DNA of 64,000 nt from an uncultured Candidatus Saccharibacteria bacterium (GTDB lineage: Bacteria > Patescibacteriota > Saccharimonadia > Saccharimonadales > 2-12-FULL-41-12): the NCBI GenBank assembly GCA_964404795.1, contig CAYOLI010000003.1, forward strand, positions 31,621-95,620. The letters run 5' to 3'. Positions 55,077 to 64,000 of this stretch are shown piece by piece (the first letter of the stretch is position 1; each line of letters opens with the position of its first letter). The position numbers and the translations under genes are program-made. Under the pieces are notes generated by a model. It saw nothing but the letters and a program-made list of their open reading frames with translations. It was not told where the DNA came from and made no database searches.

Positions 55077-55258
55077 CAGGGGTAGGAAAGGCACCAAACT
55101 TGCCTTAAGTGTTATAAATTGCTAAAATCAACCTACAGTTCGAAGTTTATTGTTAAAGGATAGGTGCAATAAACGTAGTCGAGCTGTTCTTACTTGTAGG
55201 TAGCTAGATATTTTAGATAGCCAAGTCAGGTCGACTTACTTGGAAATAAAAATTAATA

Positions 55259-56458
55259 ATGCAAGTAAGGTTGGTGCGAACTATTATTCGCCCCAGGAGA
55301 GAGAATATTCGTAACAATTTAGTGTCAGCCAGTCGATCGCGTTTGTCACATCAAACGACTGGTAGTACTCATAAAAAAATCGTTGGAATTTTTTCAAAGA
55401 GAAAATCAAGGCGATACAATAAGCACCTAATGCGTCTCGGCGTGTTGTCCATAAATTTGATATTTTTAGGTCTTGTTGGGCTATTTATTTTACACGGATC
55501 TAGTGTTACTTCTGAAAGCCCCCAGTGGAGCCAATCTTCGGCTTCACTTGCAATGGGTAAAGAGCAGTCAGATCCGATTGACAAATTATCTTCGGCAGAT
55601 GTAGCGGTTAATGTGGCACGACTAGTGCGTTTGGACGAGTCAACGGCAGTTACGAACAACGCAGATACTATAAGTACGCAACAAATTGTAGCTGCTTCTA
55701 CCGATAGATCGGTAGTAAAGCCACAAATTGTAACTACGGCTCTTAAATCTAATAAGGACATAAAGAAGTACGTTACAGTGAACGGCGATACTGTATCCTC
55801 GGTCGCTGCAAAATTTGGTATTACCAGTGACACAATTCGTCTTTCAAATAATATTTCTGGAGAGGCACTGCCAGTTGGCAAAGAGCTATTAATTAGCCCA
55901 GTTAACGGGGTTGTTTATTCTGTAAAGGCCGGCGATACGGCCGATTCGGTGGCCGCTAGGTATAGAGCCAGTAAAGAGCAGGTTATAGCTTTTAATGATG
56001 CCGAAATGACGGGGCTAGTTCCTGGGGCGCAAATCGTTATACCTGATGGCTTATCTCCAGCTTCTGCTGTTGTACGAACAAGTTCTGCATATGTTGGTGG
56101 TTTTGCTTTTGGTTCTTCGGCAATGTATGGGGGTAATGGTTACGATTATGGCTGGTGTACTTGGCATGCTGCAAACCGAAGAATTCAAATTGGTCGTCCA
56201 ATTCCAACCAACTTTGGCAATGCTATCTCGTGGTTAGGTGGGGCTAGGGCTGCTGGACTGGCTGTTGGTAGCGCTCCTCAGGATGGAGCGGTGCTCTATC
56301 AAACAAATATCGGTGGGTTAGGGCACGTTGCATTTGTTGAGCATGTCAACGCTGATGGAACTGTTTTGGTCTCTGATATGAATTACCCAATTTGGGGTAA
56401 AGTAACATATCGAACGATTAGTCCTGGTGAAGCATCTTCGTATCGTTATATTTACTAA
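55259..56458 (+). CDS. Peptidoglycan hydrolase with LysM repeats and a C-terminal CHAP domain
   Basis: TM anchor. LysM-like YVTVNGDTVSSVAAKFGI and YSVKAGDTADSVAARY. CHAP-like YGWCTWHAANRR...GHVAFVE. Confidence 0.8.
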   Translation: MQVRLVRTIIRPRRENIRNNLVSASRSRLSHQTTGSTHKKIVGIFSKRKSRRYNKHLMRLGVLSINLIFLGLVGLFILHGSSVTSESPQWSQSSASLAMGKEQSDPIDKLSSADVAVNVARLVRLDESTAVTNNADTISTQQIVAASTDRSVVKPQIVTTALKSNKDIKKYVTVNGDTVSSVAAKFGITSDTIRLSNNISGEALPVGKELLISPVNGVVYSVKAGDTADSVAARYRASKEQVIAFNDAEMTGLVPGAQIVIPDGLSPASAVVRTSSAYVGGFAFGSSAMYGGNGYDYGWCTWHAANRRIQIGRPIPTNFGNAISWLGGARAAGLAVGSAPQDGAVLYQTNIGGLGHVAFVEHVNADGTVLVSDMNYPIWGKVTYRTISPGEASSYRYIY

Positions 56459-56499
56459 GGGTGGCGTCGATGAGGCAACTTATAATATGCTACTAGTAA

Positions 56500-57771
56500 A
56501 TGTTTGTTGATAAAGTACAGGTCGAAGTCGTTGCTGGGCGGGGCGGTAACGGGATTGTTAGTTTTCGTCGCGAAAAATTTGTCGACAAGGGTGGCCCCGA
56601 CGGTGGTGACGGAGGTAAAGGGGGAGATATTGTTGCAATTTCTAGCACTAGCCAAGATACCTTAGCCGAATTTCGTTATAAAAAGAGAATAGCTGCTGGA
56701 AATGGCCAAAATGGTGGCAAGCAAAAAAAACATGGGCGATCAGCAGGCAATACGACAATCCTATTACCAGTTGGTACACTCATCACAAACGAGGATGGAG
56801 CAGTTATTGCTGATTTGGCGCAAGATAACCAGCAGCAAATAATTGCCTCTGGTGGTAAGGGAGGTTTTGGTAATGCCCATTTTGTTAGTAGCACTAGACG
56901 TGTCCCCAAGATTGCCGAGAAAGGTGAGCCAGGAGAAGCATTACTTTTAACTTTTGAATTAAAAACTATTGCCGATGTTGGTTTGGTTGGACTGCCTAAT
57001 GCTGGTAAATCGACATTACTTTCAAAAATTAGCAACGCAAAACCAGAAATTGCTGATTATCCATTTACAACCTTAAGCCCTAATCTTGGAGTTGTTGATA
57101 TAGACAAAAAAAGTAGTTTGGTTGTTGCAGACATACCTGGCCTCATAGAGGGTGCCAGCAAGGGTAGGGGGTTAGGAGACGAATTTCTAAGACATGTTGA
57201 GCGTACGAAGGTATTAGTACATATGATAGATGTGTATAACGATGATGTTGCCTTAGCATACAGAACGATTCAAAACGAACTAGCTTCGTATCAATTAAAT
57301 CTATCCAAAAAACCACAGATTGTAGTACTAAACAAAATTGAAGGATTTGACAAAGAGCGGTTATCAAAAAAATGTATAGAACTTAAAACAGTAATGCCAA
57401 AAAACGCCAAGCTCTACACAATATCTGCCAAAAGTGGTGTTGGTATCACAGATTTACTAAAAGCAGTACTGTCTCTTAGTGCAAAAACTAGTCGGCTAGA
57501 AAAGAGAAGGGATTCTAAAAATACACTACCAGTTATCAGATTAGAGCGTTCTAACGATTTTTGGGAAGTCAATAAAATTAAAAATGCTTATGTTGTAGAA
57601 GGTAAAAAAATAGCATCCTTTGCTCTGAGAACCGACTACGAAAATGAGGCGGGGGTCGAGAGATTGCGCGACATAATGAGAAAAATGGGTATTATGCACG
57701 AATTGGAACGACAAGGCATCCAATCAGGAGATCTTATCAAAATTGGCACTAACGGACAAATTAGGTACTAA
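56500..57771 (+). CDS. obg: GTPase Obg/CgtA
   Basis: MFVDKVQVEVVAGRGGNGIVSFRREKF, Gly-rich repeats, G1 GLPNAGKSTLL, G3 DIPGLIEGA and G4 NKIE. Confidence 0.95.
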   Translation: MFVDKVQVEVVAGRGGNGIVSFRREKFVDKGGPDGGDGGKGGDIVAISSTSQDTLAEFRYKKRIAAGNGQNGGKQKKHGRSAGNTTILLPVGTLITNEDGAVIADLAQDNQQQIIASGGKGGFGNAHFVSSTRRVPKIAEKGEPGEALLLTFELKTIADVGLVGLPNAGKSTLLSKISNAKPEIADYPFTTLSPNLGVVDIDKKSSLVVADIPGLIEGASKGRGLGDEFLRHVERTKVLVHMIDVYNDDVALAYRTIQNELASYQLNLSKKPQIVVLNKIEGFDKERLSKKCIELKTVMPKNAKLYTISAKSGVGITDLLKAVLSLSAKTSRLEKRRDSKNTLPVIRLERSNDFWEVNKIKNAYVVEGKKIASFALRTDYENEAGVERLRDIMRKMGIMHELERQGIQSGDLIKIGTNGQIRY

Positions 57772-57774
57772 GTT

Positions 57775-59205
57775 ATGGCAGAGACGTTGTATTTTTATGA
57801 TTTGGAAACAACCGGAGTCAATCCGCGCAAAGATAGAATCATGCAATTTGCTGGACAGCGAACAGATCTCGACCTAAACCCCCTAGGAGATCCGGATAAT
57901 TATTTAATCAAAATGAGTAATGATGTACTACCAAATCCTGATGCTATTTTGGTAACAAGAATCACCCCGCAGAGAACAATTGAAGAAGGTATATCAGAGG
58001 CCGAGTTTGGACAAGAATTTAGCAAGAATATTATGGCTCCAAACACCACATATTTAGGATTTAACAGTGTTAGATTTGACGACGAGTTTATGCGATTTTT
58101 TCTATATAGAAACTTCTATGACCCATATCAGTGGCAATACCTGGATGAGTCAAGTCGATGGGACTTGTTGGATACATCAAGAATGGCTCGTGCCCTGAGG
58201 CCCGAAGGCATTAATTGGCCTACAGATAGTAAGGGCAATCCGACAAATCGTCTCGAGCTTTTAGCAAAAGAAAACAACTTATTACACGAAAGTGCACACG
58301 ATGCCTTATCGGATGTCAATGCAACAATCGCTCTTGCAAAATTATTAAAACAGAAACAAAATCGTCTGTACGATTATTTGTTTCAAATTAGAAAAAAGTC
58401 AGAAATAGAAAGATTTTTAAGAAAAGAAGAGTTGTTTGTCTATTCAAGCGGTAAGTATGATAGTCAAAACCAAAAGACGTCGGTTGTTTACAATCTGGGT
58501 AAACACCCAGATGAGCAGAGCGTATTAGTATATGATCTTAGGTATAATCCAAAAGAGTTTTTGGATCTTACTCCAAAAGAGCTAGCCGATAGGTGGCGCT
58601 ATGATAAAGATTCTCCACAGAGCCGTCTGCCTGTAAAAAGCTTGAAATTTAACCGTTGTCCTGCGGTTGCGCCAATATCTGTTCTCGACCGAAATGCACA
58701 GCAAAGAATTAATGTTGATCTAAAACAAATAAATAGTAACTACATGATGATACAAAAAAACAATGGGTTTTTGGCGAAACTTACAGAAGCTCTCGCAATT
58801 CTAAACGATCAAAGGAGTACTCAAGGGTCGATTGATGCAGAACAGGCGCTCTACCAGAACTTTATACCAAACAAGGATAGATATCTCTCAGAGAAAGTTC
58901 ATCTGGCCAAGCCAGAGGTATTAGGAGCGTTAGCAGTAAAATTCAATGATGAACGTTTAAGGCAGATACTTCCTCATTACAAAGCCCGAAATTATCCAGA
59001 TTCATTAAGCGCAAAGGAAAGGACAGATTGGAACTCGTATCGACGTAAAATTTTAATGGAAGGAAACGATAATAGCATTGCCTCTAGATTTGGTAAGCGT
59101 TTAATTGAACTCCAAAATCAACCCAATATTACACCCGAGGACAAATACCTTCTTACAGAAATCCAATTATATGCAGAAGATTTGATGTCCAATTTACAGA
59201 GCTAA
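57775..59205 (+). CDS. sbcB: Exodeoxyribonuclease I
   Basis: DEDDh ExoI motifs FYDLETTGVNPRKDRIMQFAG, GFNSVRFDDEF and HDALSDVNAT. 476 aa with the SH3-like/C-terminal region. Confidence 0.85.
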   Translation: MAETLYFYDLETTGVNPRKDRIMQFAGQRTDLDLNPLGDPDNYLIKMSNDVLPNPDAILVTRITPQRTIEEGISEAEFGQEFSKNIMAPNTTYLGFNSVRFDDEFMRFFLYRNFYDPYQWQYLDESSRWDLLDTSRMARALRPEGINWPTDSKGNPTNRLELLAKENNLLHESAHDALSDVNATIALAKLLKQKQNRLYDYLFQIRKKSEIERFLRKEELFVYSSGKYDSQNQKTSVVYNLGKHPDEQSVLVYDLRYNPKEFLDLTPKELADRWRYDKDSPQSRLPVKSLKFNRCPAVAPISVLDRNAQQRINVDLKQINSNYMMIQKNNGFLAKLTEALAILNDQRSTQGSIDAEQALYQNFIPNKDRYLSEKVHLAKPEVLGALAVKFNDERLRQILPHYKARNYPDSLSAKERTDWNSYRRKILMEGNDNSIASRFGKRLIELQNQPNITPEDKYLLTEIQLYAEDLMSNLQS

Positions 59206-59373
59206 GCGATCAATTTCTTTGGCTTTTTTTTGTAACTTTTGTTTATGGATTTGTCTTGGGATGTATTTGTTTAGTAGTAGCAGCCCGCTGATGGATACCA
59301 AAAACAGATAAACATAAAAACCAACAGCTATGTTTGTTCCTGGTATTAGTCCTAAAACTATAAAATCTAGCAT
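59194..59373 (-). CDS. Small hypothetical membrane protein (59 aa, below the ORF-track cutoff)
   Basis: Minus-strand ATG at 59373 preceded by AAGGTGAGACAAA. Translation is MLDFIVLGLIPGTNIAVGFYVYLFLVSISGLLLLNKYIPRQIHKQKLQKKAKEIDRLAL. Its 3' end overlaps the sbcB 3' end by 12 nt. Confidence 0.4.
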   Translation of the reverse strand: MLDFIVLGLIPGTNIAVGFYVYLFLVSISGLLLLNKYIPRQIHKQKLQKKAKEIDRLAL

Positions 59374-59563
59374 TTTGTCTCACCTTGCTCCGAAGAACAC
59401 ATTATTAAGGAAAGTAATTATACTAAAAACTAGCATTATAGTCAATAACATCATGAAACTTATGCTAATATAGTTTTAAATAACTCTAAGGCACTAGAAT
59501 TAGTCTTAAAAATTCTGTATAATAATTGACCGACTAAATCAATAAAACCAGAGAGGAGAAGGG

Positions 59564-62368
59564 GTGGACTATATCTCAATTAAAGGTGCCAGAGAACACA
59601 ATTTAAAAAATATTACTGTCGATATTCCGCGTAATAAATTTGTGGTAATTACGGGCCTTAGTGGTTCAGGCAAAAGTAGTTTGGCCTTTGACACTATTTA
59701 TGCCGAAGGTCAGCGAAGATATGTTGAATCCCTGTCTGCTTATGCTCGTCAATTTCTTGGTCTGATGGAAAAACCGGACGTAGATCAAATAGACGGGTTG
59801 AGTCCTGCAATTTCAATTGATCAAAAGTCAACTAGTCGAAATCCAAGAAGTACAGTCGCTACCGTTACAGAAATTTACGACTACCTAAGATTATTGTTTG
59901 CTCGAGTTGGGGTGCCCCACTGTCCAGTATGTGGCAAGGTTGTTAACAAACAGACTCCAAGAAAAATTATAGATCAAGTTGTTGCAGACAATACTGGAGC
60001 AAGGTTACTGGTCTTGTCGCCAATTGTAGTTAGTAAAAAAGGAGTATTCGAGCACATTCCAGAGCAGTACAGACGTCTTGGGTTTGTTCGTGCCAGAGCA
60101 GACGGTGTGGTTTTTTCGCTGGACGAATGGCCACAGCTTGAAAAAAACCAAAGACATGACATCGAGATAGTAGTTGATCGTTTGGTGGTCGATAAGGATA
60201 CTCAGGGCAGGTTGGTCCAAAGTGTTGAGCAGGCGCTCAATATGGCTGATGGTCGTTTAATGATTGTTAATGCCGAAACTAACAAGAGCCACACATACTC
60301 GCTCAAGTATGCTTGTGTAGATCATCCTGAAATATCTATTCCTGAGCTCGAGCCACGGACCTTTAGCTTCAATAATCCACAAGGCGCGTGCCCAGTTTGC
60401 ACGGGTATTGGTAGTCGTTTAGAGGTTGATCCCGAACTGGTTATTCCAAATGGTAGATTAACTATAGCTGAGGGTGCAATTAGGCCATTTAATCGAATTA
60501 ATACGGATGCTTGGTATATGAAAAAAATGCAAGCGGTGGCTGATAAATACGGGTTTTCACTACATATTCCGACTGCTCAACTTAAGAAAGATGATCTAGA
60601 TAAAATTCTTTATGGTACCGACAAGCAAACGTATAGCGTAAAATTGGGCACTGGCAGGGCGTTTGATACAACTTATGAAGGAGTGATTCCAAACTTGGAG
60701 CGTCGTCATAAAGAGACTGACAGCGATTTCATGCGCCGAGATATCGAACGATTTATGCAAGAAAAGCCGTGTCACGCTTGCAATGGAGACAGGTTGAAGC
60801 CCGAAGTGTTGGCGGTTACGGTAGCAGATCAGTCGATCATGGACATCTGTAGATTATCAATCGATAATGCTACAGCTTTTTTTGGAGAACTGAAACTTAA
60901 TGATAAAGATACAAATATTGCAAAACAAATACTAAAGGAAATTAATGCAAGGTTATCCTTTTTGCAAAACGTTGGCCTTAATTATTTAAACCTACTTCGA
61001 AGTGCGGCGTCTCTAAGCGGTGGCGAAGCGCAGAGAATACGTCTGGCAACCCAGATAGGGAGTGGTCTCCAGGGCGTGCTTTATGTACTAGATGAGCCGA
61101 GTATTGGCCTTCATCAAAGAGATAATGAACGGCTTATATCGACTCTTAAGCACTTAAAAGAGTTAGGTAACAGCGTTTTAGTTGTAGAACACGATGAAGA
61201 AACCATTCGCTCTAGTGACTATGTGCTCGATATTGGTCCAGGTGCTGGGGTAAAGGGTGGAGAAGTTATAGCCATTGGTACGCCAAGCGAGGTTGCCAAA
61301 GATCCAAATAGTGTCACTGGTCAATTTTTGAGTGGCGTTAGGTCCATTGTTGTTCCAAAGAAACGGCGGAATGGAAATGGTAAACATCTAATAATTAAAG
61401 GTGCCAGAGAAAATAATCTAAAAAATATATCAGTAAGCATTCCTTTAGGCGAGCTAGTTGTTGTTAGTGGCGTTTCTGGGTCTGGGAAAAGTAGTTTAAT
61501 AAACGATATCTTAGCCCGCGAGCTACAAGCTAGATTAATGAGGGCACAAGTAACTCCTGGTCGACATGATGATATTGAAGGTATCAAGCATCTCGATAAA
61601 GTAATTGTGATTGATCAATCTCCGATCGGTCGAACCCCAAGAAGTAATCCGGCAACTTATACCGGGCTATTTACACCGATCCGTGAACTTTTTTCCAGCT
61701 TGCCAGAGGCAAAATTAAGAGGTTATAGTGCTGGTAGATTCAGCTTTAATGTTAGAGGTGGTCGATGCGAAAACTGTGCCGGCGATGGAATAATTAAGAT
61801 CGAAATGCATTTTTTACCCGACGTATATGTGCCTTGTGAGGTTTGCAAGGGCAAACGTTATAACCGAGAAGCACTCGAGATACATTATAAAGGCAAAGAC
61901 ATCAGTGAAGTTTTAGATATGACCTGCGAAATGGCCTTGGAGTTTTTTGAAAATATTCCTGCTATTGCGAGAAAGCTAAAAACCTTGGTTGATGTTGGTC
62001 TTGGGTATGTAAAGTTGGGTCAATCGGCAACAACACTAAGCGGTGGTGAAGCGCAACGTGTCAAACTAGCAACAGAGCTATCACGTCGTCCAACTGGTAG
62101 AACTTTATACATATTAGACGAACCGACCACCGGGCTACACATTGCAGATGTCGAGCGACTACTAAAGGTTTTGCAAAAGCTAGTGGATGCCGGTAATAGC
62201 ATTGTCGTTATCGAACATAACCTAGATGTTATTAAGTCGGCAGATCATATTATTGACTTAGGCCCAGAGGGTGGTGCTGGTGGCGGCCAAGTTGTTGCTG
62301 AAGGCACGCCAGAAAAAATTGCAAAGAGTCAGTCACACACCGGTAAATTTTTAAAACAAGTACTGTAA
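59564..62368 (+). CDS. uvrA: Excinuclease ABC subunit A
   Basis: [28 protein letters not shown], Zn fingers (CPVCGK, CPVC, CHACNG, CENCAG...CEVCKG), a second P-loop [10 protein letters not shown] and two LSGGE signatures. RBS GAGAGGAGAAGGGG. Confidence 0.95.
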   Translation: MDYISIKGAREHNLKNITVDIPRNKFVVITGLSGSGKSSLAFDTIYAEGQRRYVESLSAYARQFLGLMEKPDVDQIDGLSPAISIDQKSTSRNPRSTVATVTEIYDYLRLLFARVGVPHCPVCGKVVNKQTPRKIIDQVVADNTGARLLVLSPIVVSKKGVFEHIPEQYRRLGFVRARADGVVFSLDEWPQLEKNQRHDIEIVVDRLVVDKDTQGRLVQSVEQALNMADGRLMIVNAETNKSHTYSLKYACVDHPEISIPELEPRTFSFNNPQGACPVCTGIGSRLEVDPELVIPNGRLTIAEGAIRPFNRINTDAWYMKKMQAVADKYGFSLHIPTAQLKKDDLDKILYGTDKQTYSVKLGTGRAFDTTYEGVIPNLERRHKETDSDFMRRDIERFMQEKPCHACNGDRLKPEVLAVTVADQSIMDICRLSIDNATAFFGELKLNDKDTNIAKQILKEINARLSFLQNVGLNYLNLLRSAASLSGGEAQRIRLATQIGSGLQGVLYVLDEPSIGLHQRDNERLISTLKHLKELGNSVLVVEHDEETIRSSDYVLDIGPGAGVKGGEVIAIGTPSEVAKDPNSVTGQFLSGVRSIVVPKKRRNGNGKHLIIKGARENNLKNISVSIPLGELVVVSGVSGSGKSSLINDILARELQARLMRAQVTPGRHDDIEGIKHLDKVIVIDQSPIGRTPRSNPATYTGLFTPIRELFSSLPEAKLRGYSAGRFSFNVRGGRCENCAGDGIIKIEMHFLPDVYVPCEVCKGKRYNREALEIHYKGKDISEVLDMTCEMALEFFENIPAIARKLKTLVDVGLGYVKLGQSATTLSGGEAQRVKLATELSRRPTGRTLYILDEPTTGLHIADVERLLKVLQKLVDAGNSIVVIEHNLDVIKSADHIIDLGPEGGAGGGQVVAEGTPEKIAKSQSHTGKFLKQVL

Positions 62369-62409
62369 TAAATTGCAATATCACAAATAAGTGGTATAAT
62401 AGGTATTAT

Positions 62410-62955
62410 ATGGAATCTATCATAAAACCACATTTGGCTTACGATGGTGAGGGATATATTTTTCCTGCATCAGAAGATATATCGTCAATTTTAGCAACTC
62501 ACGGTTCGACCATTGAAGCCGCTGGTGATTTGATAACAACAGGGTCTTTTAATGCTGGGCACAGAGTATCATCCGGAATAACTGGCTTATCGCCTCTGGG
62601 CAGTGAATTCTATGCTACACCAAATCCAAACTTCAACTTTGACGCATACCAGTTAAAGGGCGACAAGTTTAATCAAGCTGATTTAGACCAGACCGACGCA
62701 ATAATGACAGGTATTTATTATGCAGAATCGGGCGATACTGACTACGAAGGAGGTGTGGTTATTGCTCTCTCTGGTAAGGCAGCACTATTAGGTATGGAAA
62801 TTCATGTAGATACATTAGCTCACATAGATCCAGAAAAAAACGTTGTTTTAGAATTAGTACTACCTGTAACTCCAAGTATAAATCAAGTACAGGGCATTTA
62901 TCCGATTGACGAAATGTCGCATAAAAACTTGGTAGATTACATAACCAAGCAATAA
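62410..62955 (+). CDS. Hypothetical cytoplasmic protein
   Basis: 181-aa ORF in an otherwise empty interval. No signal peptide and no family recognised. Confidence 0.45.
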   Translation: MESIIKPHLAYDGEGYIFPASEDISSILATHGSTIEAAGDLITTGSFNAGHRVSSGITGLSPLGSEFYATPNPNFNFDAYQLKGDKFNQADLDQTDAIMTGIYYAESGDTDYEGGVVIALSGKAALLGMEIHVDTLAHIDPEKNVVLELVLPVTPSINQVQGIYPIDEMSHKNLVDYITKQ

Positions 62956-63588
62956 CTATTTTTTAATTTTTTTCTTGATCTCTTCAACTAATTTTCGTCT
63001 GCTGTCTTGGTCTCTAATAATGTGTAGCAGCGGAGACCCAAAAGTTAAAATCGTCATTAACAGTATTATTGGCAATATGTAGTTATCGATATTATGTATT
63101 CTGTTTCCAAGATAGTATCCAAGAGTCGTAACGCTTATAGCCCAGAAGGCACTACCAATAATGTTGTAAAGACCAAATTTAACTTCGTCCATTTTTCCGA
63201 TGCCGGCTACGACTGGCACGAAGGTCCGTACCACCGGTACAAACCTGGCAAAAATAATAGTTTTTCCACCGTGCTTTTCATAAAATTCTTCTGCCCGTTC
63301 AACATATTCGTGCTTGAAAAGAATTCCATCTTTTTTTTTGAATAACCTAGGGCCAGTTTTTCTGCCAATGTGGTAGCCGGTATGTCCACCCAGGATGGCG
63401 GCAATTACAATTACAATAATGGTATGCAGTAGCGAAAAGTGTCCTTGTGCTGCAAAAATTCCAGCAGTCATCAGAAGAGTATCTCCAGGGAAGAAAAATC
63501 CAATAAGTAAGCCCGACTCCGCAAATACTATTAGAGCTATAACCAGTAGTCCGCCAGCAGCTAATGTATTCGGGTCCAATATGCTCAT
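62956..63588 (-). CDS. DedA-family membrane protein
   Basis: FFFPGDTLLMTAGIFA, GRKTGPRLF and IIFARFVPVVRTFVPVVAG are typical DedA/SNARE-associated motifs. Confidence 0.85.
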   Translation of the reverse strand: MSILDPNTLAAGGLLVIALIVFAESGLLIGFFFPGDTLLMTAGIFAAQGHFSLLHTIIVIVIAAILGGHTGYHIGRKTGPRLFKKKDGILFKHEYVERAEEFYEKHGGKTIIFARFVPVVRTFVPVVAGIGKMDEVKFGLYNIIGSAFWAISVTTLGYYLGNRIHNIDNYILPIILLMTILTFGSPLLHIIRDQDSRRKLVEEIKKKIKK

Positions 63589-63663
63589 AAGATGAAGTTA
63601 GTATATCAGCTGTGGTACAATATAAGCTCAGAAGTTATTCAAATAGAGGGGTAAATAGGTTAA

Positions 63664-64000
63664 ATGAGTGATATTGCACTAGCCGCAAAAAAACGTGGGG
63701 TTATTGGAAAAAAAGTTAAAAATCTAAGGCGTGCTGGATTGGTCCCTGCTGTAATTCATAATCACGGAAGCAATTCGTTGCCTGTAGAAGTTGATGTTTT
63801 GGAGTTTGTTAAAGTTTATTCTATAGCAGGTAAGCATCATCCTGTAAAACTCGATGTTGATGGTAAAAAGTACACCACCTTGATAAAGGAGGTTACCCAC
63901 TATCCAGCCAGTAATAAGTTAACTCATGCGGTTTTTCAGTCGATAAAGGCTAATGAAAAGGTTCTAGCAGAAGTACCCTTACAGATTAGTGAGGACAACC
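63664..64000 (+). CDS. rplY: Ribosomal protein L25/Ctc (3' end outside the window)
   Basis: ATG at 63664. Translation is MSDIALAAKKRGVIGKKVKNLRRAGLVPAVIHNHGSNSLPVEVD..., and the frame is open to the window edge. It matches the L25 N-terminal pattern. Confidence 0.8.
   Translation, partial: MSDIALAAKKRGVIGKKVKNLRRAGLVPAVIHNHGSNSLPVEVDVLEFVKVYSIAGKHHPVKLDVDGKKYTTLIKEVTHYPASNKLTHAVFQSIKANEKVLAEVPLQISEDN

Noticed and set aside
55369-55881. 170-aa minus-strand ORF inside the LysM/CHAP gene
   Set aside because: It is fully antisense to a gene with clear LysM and CHAP motifs and has no RBS or motifs. Other antisense ORFs were rejected in the same way: 3108-3521, 21791-22150, 22441-22863, 39170-39514, 45671-46030, 51259-51654 and 53948-54289.
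59561-59584. Apparent mismatch between my by-eye reading of the uvrA start region and the ORF-track translation (MDYISIK...)
   Set aside because: My manual count gives one extra T near 59579-59581. That would shift the first six codons, while the downstream frame ([10 protein letters not shown]...) and the stop at 62368 agree with the track. I attribute it to my own transcription error rather than a frameshift, and I used the track coordinates.

Overview
AT-rich, very gene-dense bacterial chromosome segment using the standard code (TGA acts as a stop, e.g. the folD/murI ATGA overlap). I count about 60 protein genes, six tRNAs and one tmRNA. There is no rRNA, CRISPR array, transposase, integrase or phage gene. 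Most of the window is housekeeping: Clp ATPase tail, glyA, murB, folD, murI, murD, pyk-pgk-tpiA, pcrA, rsmA, metG, tatD, a cysteine desulfurase, mnmA, alaS, ftsA, ruvX, mltG, obg, sbcB, uvrA and rplY. The mix of peptidoglycan genes, an LPXTG protein, minimal aminoacyl-tRNA synthetases, an RpfB-like protein and frequent gene overlaps suggests a reduced-genome monoderm, possibly a Saccharibacteria/CPR-like epibiont; this is inference, not shown by the sequence. Six things deserve a second look. (1) A 184-nt tRNA-linked structured element occurs at two unlinked loci (1645-2012 beside tRNA-Arg(UCU); 19583-19788 beside tRNA-Glu). Its three-hairpin core keeps its pairing through compensatory substitutions, and I could not match it to a known RNA family. 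(2) An overlapping three-gene operon (membrane protein, LuxI/FeeM-fold N-acyl synthase-like protein, ThiF/E1-like adenylyltransferase) sits between an orphan response regulator and a multi-TM histidine kinase. (3) An accessory stretch (13.8-19.4 kb) holds an orphan VirD4/TraG-like ATPase, a long structured leader with alternative pairings, a GC-rich Cys-rich secreted protein that looks foreign, and an LPXTG/PKD protein. (4) An F1-type ATPase operon (b-delta-alpha-gamma-beta-epsilon) has no a or canonical c subunit gene in the window. The slot upstream of b is filled by a secreted protein ending in a c-subunit-like hairpin that lacks the carboxylate. (5) A five-gene surface locus encodes three paralogous secreted beta-rich proteins, a membrane-anchored Ig-like chaperone-like protein and a PKD protein. 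(6) The tmRNA encodes an unusually long 22-aa tag. All family assignments rest on motifs read by eye from the supplied translations.
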